The translations under genes and the position numbers were made by a program. Below, one piece after another: positions 1-12,115 of a stretch of DNA of 64,000 bases. Each line of letters begins with the position of its first letter. Within the stretch, counting starts at the first letter, position 1. Source of the stretch: Spizellomyces punctatus DAOM BR117. Lineage: Eukaryota. The stretch lies in the NCBI GenBank assembly GCA_000182565.2, contig KQ257465.1; one strand, 5' to 3'. The notes below the pieces were generated by a model. It was not told the origin of the DNA. It saw only the letters and a list, made by a program, of their open reading frames with translations, and made no database searches.

Positions 1-3000
1 ATATTGTGAGTTTGAAACTTTCTTTTTTTTAGATACACTACCGTTATTAAACATTATCGTCGTCGTTGCAGACGGAGCATTTGATGACCGTAGAAGAGGT
101 TCAGAAAAAATACAATGTCAGCTTTACGCCAGAGAAACCGGCTAGTTCGCAGGGCTTGTCTGCTGCCGAAGCCGCAAAGCGCCTCGAAGAGTACGGCCCC
201 AACCAACTGAGTCCGCCCAAAAAACGTCATCCGTTCCTAAAGTTTCTGGATCATTTGCTCGGGCTGTTCAATTTGATGCTGTTGGTCGCTGGTGTCGCAT
301 CCTACATTTTGCTAGCCATTGACTTTGAAGGCAACAAACCAAATGTACGTTCTGCTTTGGCAATGTTGACGCTACATCCTTCCAAAAAGAAAAATTCACG
401 TCCTATTTGCAGTTGTGGCTGGGTGCCATCTTGCTTGCCGTGGCCTTTTTGAACGCCTTTATTGAATTCTTTCAAGGTCAAAAGAGTGCTGCCATATTAG
501 AGTCGTTCCTGGTAAGCCAGAAAGCCGTTGCTTGCAACACCAAAATCGCCATTCTGGCGTCTTCTCACTCGTTTGGGCAATGTAGAACTTGATTCCTGCA
601 AAGTGTTATGTCGTTCGTGACGGCAAAGTCGCTCAAATCTCTGCCCTCGAACTCGTTCTGGGAGATATCGTGTACGCTCGAAGTGGAGACAAGCTGCCCG
701 CCGATCTCTACATTTTTTCAGCAAATGAGCTAAAGGTGGACAACTCGTCCTTGACCGGAGAAGCTGATCCCCAAGAGCGAGGCCCACGAAACAGGTACCA
801 GAATCCCTTGGAGGCGACCAATTTGGTTTTCAACGGTACACTGGTTGTGAATGGTATGTCTGCCCGAGCAAAATGGTCGATAACCATGAGCAACCTTTGT
901 CCTCATTACTTTTTGTAGGTGAAGGATATGGTGTTGTTGTCCGAACTGGCGACAATACCGTCATTGGGCAAATTGCCTCCTTGACCGCAAACGAAGAACG
1001 TGGAAAATCTCCCCTGACCACTGAAATTGACTTGTTTGTCAAACTCATTGCTTCCGTTGCTGCTGTTGTGGCCATCATCTTTTTTATCCTCGGTTTGACT
1101 GCCAAAGGATTGAATATCTCTCAAGCGCTCAACTTTGCGATTGGCACGTTTGTCAGTTTTGTTCCTGAAGGTTTACCTGCGACTGTAACGGTACGTTGTT
1201 TTTCCCTCGTTTGTTTCGCAAATCTCGCACATTTTTTTGACAGTGTCAAATTATTTTTTTTTGATTTCTCCCTCTCTCTCTAGATTCTCCTGACATTTGC
1301 CGCAAAACGTATGGCCTTGAGAAATGTTCTCGGTGGGNNNNNNNNNNNNNNNNNNNNNNNNNNNNNNNNNNNNNNNNNNNNNNNNNNNNNNNNNNNNNNN
1401 NNNNNNNNNNNNNNNNNNNNNNNNNNNNNNNNNNNNNTTCGTGCCGGTTCGAAACCACAGAGGGACCCGTTTCCGAGCGTCCTATCTTGGGTGATGCCAC
1501 CGAGTCGGGACTGCTTCGGAATGCTGCTGCAAAGATTAAAGATTTTGACGGGATTTACGACCGATATCCAAAAGTGCTTGAAATCCCCTTCAACTCAGAC
1601 AACAAGTGGGCCTTGACGGTGCACCGTAAACCTCACGACAAGGGCGACTTGATGCTCTACTTGAAGGGTGCCCCCGAACGTGTCCTCCGCCTCTGCTCCA
1701 CCTTCTTGCAAGGCAATGAAACTGTTCCGCTGACCGAGGAGCACAAGAAGCAATTTGAAGCTACCTATACCCTCATGGCTTCCAAGGGTCACCGTGTGCT
1801 GGCATTCGCGGCCTTGGCCCTCCCCCGCGAGCAATACCCCGCCGACTTTGTGTTCAACAAGGACCCTCCCAACTATCCTACCACTGGACTCACCTTTTAC
1901 GGTCTCGTTTCTTTGGAAGATCCACCCAAGCACGGTGTACGTGAAGCCATTGGTCACTGCCGAGAAGCCGGCATCAAGGTCATGATGGTGACGGGTGACC
2001 ACCCGTTGACAGCCGAAGCCATTGGTCGCAAAATCAACCTGATGCTCCAAGACACCAAGGAAAAGCTCGCCCAAAAGCGCAATGTACCTGTCGAAAGCAT
2101 CCCCGAAAGCGATGTGAACGCCATTGTTATCCACGGGGAGCAAATCGACCACCTGACCGAATCCGACTGGGAAAACATTTTCGACAAGGAGGAAATCATT
2201 TTCGCGCGTACGAGTCCCAAACATAAGCTGCAGATTGTCAAGAGGGCCCAATCCCGTGGCCACATTGTGGGTGTGACGGGAGACGGTGTCAATGATTCTC
2301 CCGCTTTGAAAAAGGCCGACCTGGGAATCGCCATGAACGTGTCTGGATCAGATGTGTCCAAGGAAGCCGCTGCCATGATTTTGATTGACGACAATTTTGC
2401 ATCGACTGTATCCGGTATCGAAGAAGGCCGACTCATTTTCCAAAACTTGAAAAAATCGGTTCGGTACACGGTCACCCACACGATGCCTCAAGTCTGGGCC
2501 AACCTCTTGTACATTATTGTGCCCCTCCCGCTTCCTCTCGGCGCCATGCTCATCCTTGTCACCGATCTCGGGTTTGAACTCTTTAATGCCCTCAGTTACG
2601 CGTGGGACCCCCCGGAAAGCAAAACGGGACTCATGAAACTGGCTCCTCGTAAACCCGTCACTGCAGCCTCTATTGAACGGTTACGCCGGCGGGAACGCGA
2701 AGCCGCCGCCGATCGACCTCCCCATGATCCCGAATCCGGTACACCCCCACCTCGGACCTTGTCTGCCAAAATCTCAAACGGCTGGCGCACTGTCAAATCC
2801 GTTTTTACCAGACGCTTTTGGCGAGACCATTTCGAGGAAACTGAAGAAGAAGTCCTAGTCGACCGTGAAATTCTCTGCTGGTCCTACCTCGAAGCCGGCA
2901 CGATCGAAACCATTGGTTGCCTCGCCACTTACTTTACGGCCATGTGGTACTACAAGCGTCTCACACCCTACGAAGCGCAACGCTACGCGGGCCAATGGGG

Positions 3001-3506
3001 CACCGACGGCCCGATTACACTGATGAACGGCAACATACTCTCCGTTGACGAGCAAAAAGAAGTCAACAATGTCGGACAATCCGGATACTACATGGCGATA
3101 TTTTTCCAACAATGCTTTAATCTCTTTATTTGTAAAGCCCGCCTTGGACTCCCAATCGGTTCATTCATGTTTTCGAACCGGTACAATTTCGTTGGTATTT
3201 TATTTGGGATGGCTTTGGTTTGTTTTGTGGTTTACGTTCCGCCGCTTAATGTTGCGTTTTCGACGAGTTGGCATTTGAGTCCTATCATGTGGCTGATTCC
3301 GATTGGGAATGGGTGTTTGTTGTTTGGGTATGCTATTGTGCGGACGATTATTATTCGGATGCGTGAGTTTTTCTTTGTGCTTTTTTTGCGGGTCGTGCGT
3401 TCGTTTCTAATTACCTTTTATTTATTTCATAGGGAATCCCATAAAGTACACTCGAGATGTGGTGGGTTTACAAATGTATCCTACCCGCTGGTCGACGCGT
3501 GGATAA
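1..3506 (+). CDS. P-type ATPase, type IIC (Na+/K+-ATPase-like, fungal ACU-type); 5' end lies upstream of the window
   Basis: Motifs YGPNQL, VDNSSLTGE, VPEGLPATVT, EIPFNS, KGAPERVL, EDPPK, MVTGDHPLTA, FARTSP, TGDGVNDSPALKKAD. Introns at 6-71, 345-412, 512-585, 854-918, 1191-1283 and 3363-3432 keep the frame. Stop TAA at 3504-3506 after ...LQMYPTRWSTRG. The DKTGT phosphorylation motif is not visible and is expected in the N-gap at 1338-1437. Confidence 0.93.
1338..1437. other. Assembly gap (100 N) inside the ATPase gene
   Basis: Run of N. Confidence 1.
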
Positions 3507-3746
3507 AGAAATATGCATTACAAGAGAGAGAGAGAGAGAAACGATTACTTTTTGTAATGTGTTTTTACATGTGGGGACATGGATCTGGACTGCTCATAAT
3601 AGACTTTTTTTTTTTTGTTTGTTTTTCACACACACACAAACACACACACATATATGTTTAGATATTTTTGTCTCAAAGAAATGCACATGTCCATTCTTAT
3701 AAATATTGGTCAAGAAGCACAAAAAAAAATAAAAAAAGAATTCTTG

Positions 3747-6700
3747 TCATTCATCGTGCTCTACACTCGTCCCTCCTTGAATCCACCCCTCCTCATCCCC
3801 TTCCTCCTCCTCATCATCAACAACCAACACAACCTCTTCTTCTTCTTCTTCTTCCTCCCCCTCCACTACTTGAACAACACTGGCCTCCATCCCAGTAACA
3901 ACCGAAACCGAATCAAACGACACAAAACTCTCTTCATCATCAGTCTCATCCTGAACCCGCCGCTCACCAACCCGTTCCGCCCAGCCCCGAAAATCAAACC
4001 CAAGTGGATCCTCAACATCCGTAAAACTCTCATCACAAAGCAACGCAGTAGCAGTCGGTCGTAAATCCGGATCAATCGTCCAACACTTTTGTATAAACAC
4101 CACAGCATCTTCAGAGAGTCCAGAGGGTAATGGCGGAGCATTACCCGTTCCCAATAAATAAATAACGTTACCACGGACTTTATGCCATGGTGTTGTGTTT
4201 GTAAGCATTTCGAGGACGAGGCAGCCTAGAGACCAGATATCGACTTTGGCGGAATATCCCTTGCCCCGAGCGACTTCGGGTGCCATCCAGGGGATGGAGC
4301 CTTGCATGGACATGCGAGTCACGCGGTGGTAGGCTTCGCGGTATTCGTTTTTTTTGGAGATGCCAAAGTCGGAGATTTTGATGATTCCGTCCGTGTCCAC
4401 CAAAACTAGTTTTACATGTTAGCAAAAAAAAAAACGCCAAAACACGACAAAAAAACGTACTATTGGCCCCCTTGATATCCCGATGAATAATACTCTGCTC
4501 ATGCAAATACTCCAACCCACTCAAAATCTGCGCAGTCATACACCGAACCAACTCGACCTCAAAAGCTCCATAGCGATTCAAACAACTCGAAATACTCCCA
4601 CCAGAAACATACTCTAAAAAGACATTAAAACTCGTTTCGGTGATTTCGGAACCAAGGTATCGAACAATATGGTCGTGTTCAAGGTCTTTTAAAAAGTCAA
4701 TTTCGCGGCGGAGGGCTTCTTCTCTTTTTTTTTTACCGGTTGGGTCGGTTGATTTCTTTTCAGAGAGGATGGCGCGTTCCACTTGTTTTACCGCCATGAG
4801 GTCTCCAGTGTCGAGGTTGAGGCCGATAAAGACTTTGCCGAATGCGCCTTGACCGATTAGGCGACCCAATTCGCATCGGATTTGAGGGGGTGGTGTGGGT
4901 GCTTTGGGTGTCGTGAGGGGGGGAGAAGGAGTAGCGGGCAGAGGTTTATCTGCGGATTCTTGTGTGGCGTCCTCTTTAGATGGTATGGGTGGTTGAGGGG
5001 AAGGAAGGTCCTCCATACCATCCAAAGAAGGTGACGAGACAGATGCCAAAGACGCCAAAGCCTCCCGGCCCCATGACGACCCCAAAAGCGATTCATCCTT
5101 GACATCAAGTTCAGAAACAGGTGGTTTGCGTACGGGTTCAGTACCCTCTTCTTCCGGAATGACTTGAACCGGTTTTTTTTTCGAAACCTGACTAAACTGA
5201 CTGGTTCGTCGTCCAGCCCCTTCGCTTCCACGTCGCGAATAAAACGCTGATCGCCGATTCGCGACTTTGGACATGCGCTTGTTGACCATCGCGGCATGGA
5301 CTTTACTCTTTATGGTATCCCGGTTCGGTTCCCGGCTGGCGTCCCGTCGGGGTGGAACGACAACAGGGACGCCGCTTTGTGTTTGTGGGGGGATCGTGTA
5401 GGGTGGTGTTGGAGCGGGTGCGGCTGCTCGACGTGCAATGCCGGGAAAGTATTGCTCGAGGTGGTCGACAATGAGTTCATCCGGTGGACGCTCGCCGAAA
5501 AAGTTTTGGAGTTTCTTTGAGCGTTGGGGTGGGGGTGTACTGGGTACGGGTATGTTGCTCGCCGATGGAGATGGCGTCGATGGCTGTGGAAACTGTTGTT
5601 GAAGATCGGAGCGTTTGAGTGTCCCTTGGCCTGAGGACGGCGCAGGAGGGGCCCGCTCACCGAAAAATCGTTGTAGTTTGGTGATTTGTCGGTCAACAGC
5701 GAGAGACTCTTGTGATCCGGTTCGTGAAAGGGTGGGGGTTCGGGATGGAAGAGTGTCGGCGCCTTTCAAGACAATGTTGCCGTCTTGAGTCAACATGTGG
5801 AGATGGATTTGCGCTTTGACCGGGTTATCGCGTGACTTGCAGATACGAAAGAGTTCTTCGTCGTCCAGTCGATACACTGAGCCAACACTTATTAGCGACA
5901 AAGAGGGAAAAACAGCAAAACCATACAAAAAGAAACTCACGCTCTTGATCATCCTCCAAGACCAAATCTGGAGCAAAAAGCGCATAGCGTTCACGATCCC
6001 GAGGATCCTTGATACCAAACTTGTTAAATATTCTAGTTTTAATGGCTCCTACGTCTGGCAAATCTGCCACGTCAATAATGTGGGACTGATTATCAATGTC
6101 GTTGACTCGGATGCATCTCTGCAAGAGTAGAGGGGTCATTGCTTGCGCACGGAAAATATGTAAATCATCCCCAAACACTCACTGCTAGAATTTGATCCAC
6201 ATTCATCAAATCCTTGTTTCCGCCCTACAAAAGACACCAGTTCATAACGAGATTCCAAAAGCCGGACGACAATATAAAAGTCTTTACCTTATCCCGTGAC
6301 AGACTATTATCACGCACATGTTTCTTTTCATCATCACCAGATGCAGGACCGGAGAATCCAAATTTGAACAACTCTGCAAAAGGAGATTGTGGTGATCCTT
6401 GCATCCCATCCTCTCTCCCAGAAGGTCGTTCCAATCCCGCACTTGCACTCCCATTATTCGCAGCAGAATTCGATTGTACGGGCCGGGATCGATCGAGTGT
6501 CGCGCTCTTGATCGACGATGAACGGGGAGTGATGATGAGTGGGGATGGACTTGCCCTGTCCACTGCCATGGCCGCTCCCGTCAGGGACCCTTTGCGTTTA
6601 GGGACTCGGCCGGCAATGTCGCCCAAAACATCTGGGAGCGAGAATCCAGGCTTGAGGGGTGTACGTTCGGGGTTGGGAGCGTAAATACGGGGGTCACTGC

Positions 6701-7340
6701 GTGGTACAGGCATCTCTTCTCCATCACGAGGGCCCAGCGGGGAGGCCATGCCTCGTTCTAAGCTTTTGGACAGGGTAGGATGTTGTGCGGTCGTTGAACT
6801 TATTGGCACCGACGGGGAGGGCGAGGGGGCTTTTCCAGGGACAGAGGTTGGGGTCCGGTCCCACATAAAGGATCGGCTAGGTGAAGAGGAGAGTGCTGGT
6901 GGTGCGGAAGCAGGGGAAGGTGAACGAAGCATGCCGGATGAACCCTGGGGCACGGATCGCGGTCCTCTCAACTGTTTTTTGATAGCTTGGAGTATTCTCG
7001 CCCGGTCGCCAACAGACATGACACCAATGTCCTTTAGTGTATCATAGTTGAGTTCGAGGAGTGCTTGTCCCGTAATGTGATTATCAGCAAATGCGGGACC
7101 AAACCGCTCGAATCCATTCTCAATCAACCAGAATCCGACCAACTTTTCGTCCCATTCTCTCACGACGGACGGGGACAATGACGAGAATGGTGAACTGGTC
7201 GGTGTAGGAGGGAGAGGGCCTGTAGGTGCGGGTGTAGGTGGAGCATCGAATGAACGACGGGGAGTCGGGGATGCGGACGCCGTCGCCGAGTCCGGGGCCC
7301 GGTGCAATTGGACGACTTGCGACTGGAGCGTCGGCGGCAT
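3747..7340 (-). CDS. MAP kinase kinase kinase (STE11/BCK1 family) with SAM and Ras-association-like domains
   Basis: SAM domain WDEKLVGFWL...GDRARILQAIK. RA-like segment RCIRVNDIDNQSHIIDV. Repeated KLQxFFGER motif. Kinase motifs GQGAFGKV, MAVKQV, HRDIKGAN|ILVD, DFGISKK, WMAPEV. Introns 6225-6287, 6119-6182, 5877-5940 and 4406-4460, with a 42-bp exon at 6183-6224. Confidence 0.93.
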
Positions 7341-8406
7341 CTATTACAATAAGTGAGGATGGAGCTGTCCGAGTTGCTTTCTTTTTTATTTTGTTGTTAT
7401 TTACACTGGGCAACTGGATCAGCGATGCTGTAAATAAAAAATCAATGTCCTTTTAGTATATTTTCCGTAGGCCGTCCAACCCTCCAAACTCAACAAACGA
7501 AAGCGGAGCGACGAGCAAAATCCACGTGGTTGAGAATCGTGGTCACGACTTGCTCTTCTACTTGATCCTACTGAGAGTGGAGAAGAAGAAGGAGAGCGTT
7601 GGTCGATTCACCCCCTCGCACGCACGCACGGCAACATTCAACAAGAAGGGATCCAACAAGAAGTAGAGAACTGGATGTCACATCAACGATCCTTGTTGCT
7701 TGCATGTGCTAGTTGATGATGATGTCCAAAACAAAACTATCCTCAAAAGTGCACGAGGTAAAAAGGGCAACTAGATATACGCTTTCCACTTGCAATTCTC
7801 CCTATTCATTTTCACGTAGAATCAAGTGATGGCTCAAAGGACAGCAACTTTCTAGCACAACACACACACACAAACAGCAATCTACTCTTATGGCTATAAA
7901 AACCGTTCAAATCCTGTGAGGGATCTAAAAAGGACGACAGATCTGGCCTAGTCGCTATGAATCTGCTCTGTTTACTGGCAATTCCATTCTTTTGCAAAAG
8001 CATACAAGCCTACACAATAAACAGCCCAGCTCGAACCCCGCCAACGGGCACAGTGGACAGTGCTCACAATCACGCAACACAGTGTGCACACATGCGCAAT
8101 CTAGCACTCCTGCACACAATGCACTCTCCAGTCTCCTTGACCTCCTCAAGACTCGCATGCGCACAAGCCGCCGTGCGCACGAAAATGCACCAAACACAAA
8201 CCCACCAAGCCCAGATCCAAAAATCGTTGCACACTGGCGGCGAGCACTAGTCATCACGTGCATATTGATTATCAAAGTCTTGCATAATCATCTCATTTCA
8301 TCTTTATATGGTTAACTCAAATGCTTAGCTATTTTTGTTTTTTACGAGTATCTGCAGTTTGAAAAGTGTGCTTGGCGGTTGTCGAAGCACGGAAAAAACA
8401 GAAAGC

Positions 8407-10954
8407 ATGGCACGACGAAAACGCACCCGTGTTCAACGCACGGAACCTCAGCAGGACGTAGACTATCGCAAAGGGGCTTCGGCAGACTTGCAGGACCTTG
8501 GTCTCGATTCAGAAGACGAGTTTCATGACCAGAGGGAAAAGATCACTCTTGACGAGAGCCTCTGGAGAGGACGTCGAGGAGAGGAGGACGAAGAAGGGGA
8601 TGAAGAAGTTTTTGGGTTAGATGTGGGTGACTCGGATGAGGAGGACGAGGAGGAAGAGGAGGACGAGGATGAGCAATTGTTGAAAAAAGTGCGTCAAAGC
8701 CTGCGAAAAGGGGCAGAAGACAGTGAGAGCGAGGGCGAAGAGGATGAGGAAGGGGTCAAAAACCGACGCACGCGAGGGGGGGATGATGGTAAGAACATTT
8801 GATGCACACAGAGCTCAGACCCGGCCCATTGTGACATGCGTTTGGGTTCTAGAATTTGATGATCGGGCGTGGGGAAAGTCGAGGAAAATGTACTATGACG
8901 CTGACGAGGCGAGCGATCAAGAAGATGGTATGCATTCTTTAGTCTGCCTTGTCATCTTTCCCTGACTCCCTCATACACTGTATTCACATCATCGTTCTAC
9001 AGCCAAGGAAGAAGAACAGGAAGCACTGCGCCTGCAGAAACTACGGGCCAGCCAAATCCGCGAGCAAGATTTTATTGACGACTTTGCAGATAGCTTCCTC
9101 AACCGCCTCTCCTCTGGTGCCGGCGAATCGTCAACCGCAGTGCACCTCGACAAGGATGAGCAAGATGATGACCTGGACCACCTCGCCATTTCCACTTCCC
9201 TCCCTCTTCACCTCCTCCCCTCAACACAAACAAAGGTGGAAGTCGTTTCGCGCGACGAGAGCAAGCTTTCCGTCGAGGAATTGGAAAGGATTGCAGAATC
9301 GAGTATACCTGATGTTGTGCAGCTTTTGGGGGAATTTACAGTTAGATGGGAAGAGTTGCGAGACGTTATTGGACCCGCGTTGAAATGGCATTGTCGGCCA
9401 GAGAATGCGATACGGACGGGACACAAGGGTGAAAGAGCCAGACAGTATCTGGAACTCAAATACCGTAGGTACCGTCTTTTATGTCCATGTGCTGTTCATG
9501 TATTAACACCTGGATGACCCTACGCCAGGCATTCTCGTCACGTATCTGACCAACATATCATTTTATCTCTCCCTCCGAGCCAACCCACCTCCAGGCTCAA
9601 ACATCAAGGCTCATCCCGTTGTAGAATCTCTGGTTCAAATGCAGGAATTCCTAAGTGTTCTCGAAACCAAAGTGGAGGGCCGTGTATCGGACGATGATAG
9701 CGAAGGGTCCGATGAGGAAGGCGTACGGAGAAAAAAGAGACGAAAGAGGCGCCAGCAGGTGCGGGGTCTGCCTGGACTGATGGCAGACGTGGAGAGCTTG
9801 CTTGCGAACGGGGTAGATGCTATTGCCGATGAAGAGCAGGATTTGAGTGCGGAGGATGATGCAATGGACATGGCCGAACCCGTCGATCCGGTCCCATCCA
9901 AACTCGGAAAAAAGAAAACCCAATCTGGTACTCAAACGAACGGCAGCATTGAAGCGACGGAACCACCATCCAAGAAGAAATTTAAAGCCATCTCCATCCC
10001 CGAGGTAGAGTTTGTTCCTCTCTCCAAACCAAAGAAATCCCGCGTCAAATCAATGAGCAACGATTTCGGAGAATCGAACGACATTGACCTAGTAGATTTG
10101 GAAGACAAGTTGGCGAGGAAGAAGAGTCTAAAGTTCCATGTTACCCGCGTCGATCAGGTATACATTGTTGACTTTGGATTCATACCCTCCTGGTTACTAA
10201 TTGTAGTACATGCGCGTAGGCCATTGCGTCCCGCCAAGCGCGCCTAGCACGGTCAGCAGGCGGAGACGAAGACATACCTTACCGTGACCGCAATGGCAAA
10301 GTCATCCAGCCTGCGTCTGAGCGACCAACTCAAGAAACCATTCCCGCGGATCTGGATGACGACCAAATGGGCGATATGGCTGGTGACTTTGGTTTCGGGT
10401 TGGATGATGATCTCTTGGACAACATTGGGGCGGAAGGCGAAGACGACGAATATGATTTAGGTCAAGACAAAACGCGCAAACGCCGCCATGCGTCTGACGA
10501 GGAATCAGACGCCGACGAAGAGGAAGACCCGCTGGCATACTACGAGCACGTCAAGCAAAGCAAGAAAGCTCGCAAAGAGCAGCGTGAAGCAGAAGTCATG
10601 CAAGCGAAATTGGATAACACGCTCGACGATAGGTATGGATGTCCCTTTATTTAGCTTTGGTGCAAAATACTCATGATCATCATTACCAGCCATCTCTACG
10701 ACGAAAATGACCTTGGCGAGGGCGCAAAACGTCCAGCATCCTACAAGATCATCACGAACAAGGGTCTCACCCCGTACCGCAAAAAGGAACGACGCAACCC
10801 ACGTGTCATGAAACGACTGCGGTACGAGAAGGCTGTCAAGCGGCTGGGAAGTTTCAAGAGAGTTGCCGTGGACAAGAGCAGTTTGGGAGCTTACGAGGGA
10901 GAAAAGACGGGTATCAAAGCAAATTTGGCGAGAAGTGTCAGATTTGCTGCATAG
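8407..10954 (+). CDS. SAS10: SSU processome subunit Sas10/Utp3
   Basis: Acidic N-terminus (DSEDEFH), central YLELKY...HPVVESLV segment, and C-terminal domain IITNKGLTPYRKKERRNPRV...YEGEKTGIKANLARSVRF. Multiple short introns. Confidence 0.92.
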
Positions 10955-12115
10955 AGTTTGTTATATTTTGGGATGCACTTTTTTCTTTTATTTATTAGGG
11001 TTAGGGTGGATAGATTTCAGCACGTTTTACATATCTCTGTGAATGGACGAGGTTTCCGGATGGTGAGCATCATCCCTTTATGCATGGTTTTAAGCATAAA
11101 TTGCAAACGTTGGCGCGTGCTCCAAGAGTTGCGCATGAGGCATGTACTTGATATATCAAGGTTCAGTCGTTTTGACCATTTACCAGGCATCTGGGCTACA
11201 TAATACGGAATGTCACTGACTTTTACATTTTGACTCGTTGTAATGACAGCTGAAGTGAATCATTTACAAGCTGATGAGTTAGATTGCCCATTTTCCGCCT
11301 GGATCTGTGGGGGTAAATCGAGCCGCTTTTGGTACATACATCTTGTAGCTGCTGATTTGAACCCGAGTCATTAAGCAAGATCAAAGTGGGGAAAACGGAG
11401 GAGGGTTTTTGTTAACCGTACGAGAGCGCATCATCATCATCAAGCATCAATGGCAATCTATTCTTGAACCTGATTGGTAAAAATGACAATCTAAACGAGG
11501 CCAACTGTAAGGACAACAACCAAAGAAATCTGTTCCAAAACCCCCAACCCCAAAAAAAAAAAGAGAAAACATTATCGGAAGCCGTCGTCCTCCGCTTTCC
11601 ACGGCTGTTCGCAAGCGCAGAGGGCGATTGCGCGCACCCAAATTTTTTACCAACGCTTCCCGACTCCAAACTAACCCCATTTTCTACAATCGCTTTTTGT
11701 TACGACTCCATTGATGGACTGGCAACTATGGTCGATTTATCTGTTTTGGTTGGGTTGGGGCGGTTTTTTTTTTTGTAAAGCAGATCAGCCGTCAAAGTGG
11801 TGGGGCCTTTTAAGCAAGGAGAACTGGCTCCGTTTTTTTTGCTTACTATGTTTGCGCCATATCTCCTCGTCGATTGCAAACATTCTTGGGCCAATAATGA
11901 TGGTTAAACAATCAAAAAATATCTTAAAAAAAAATTGTGGAGGACATGTTGCTTTTAGTTTGGACCTCCTGCTTAAAAGGAGCAGTTGTGCTAATGCATC
12001 CGCCAGATCTGAGCTTTGATTCCGGTCTTGACCGCCCATCGTCTGTGTAGTTTTTCCCGTGGACAGCGCACAGGATAAACCTGTACTTATTCACTGGATT
12101 TCCAAATAACAAAAA

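Noticed and set aside
1595-2481. Long antisense ORFs over the ATPase (similar ones overlap KRE33 and 18-21 kb)
   Set aside because: Shadow ORFs produced by codon bias of the sense gene.
3523-3650. (GA)n and (CA)n tracts and the hydrophobic C-terminal tail of ORF 1487-3661
   Set aside because: Ordinary 3' UTR microsatellites. The tail results from reading through intron 3363-3432.
11240-11375. Possible structured ncRNA or C/D snoRNA (TGATGA...CTGA, short inverted ends)
   Set aside because: The boxes are imperfect, no guide target was identifiable, and chance occurrence is plausible.
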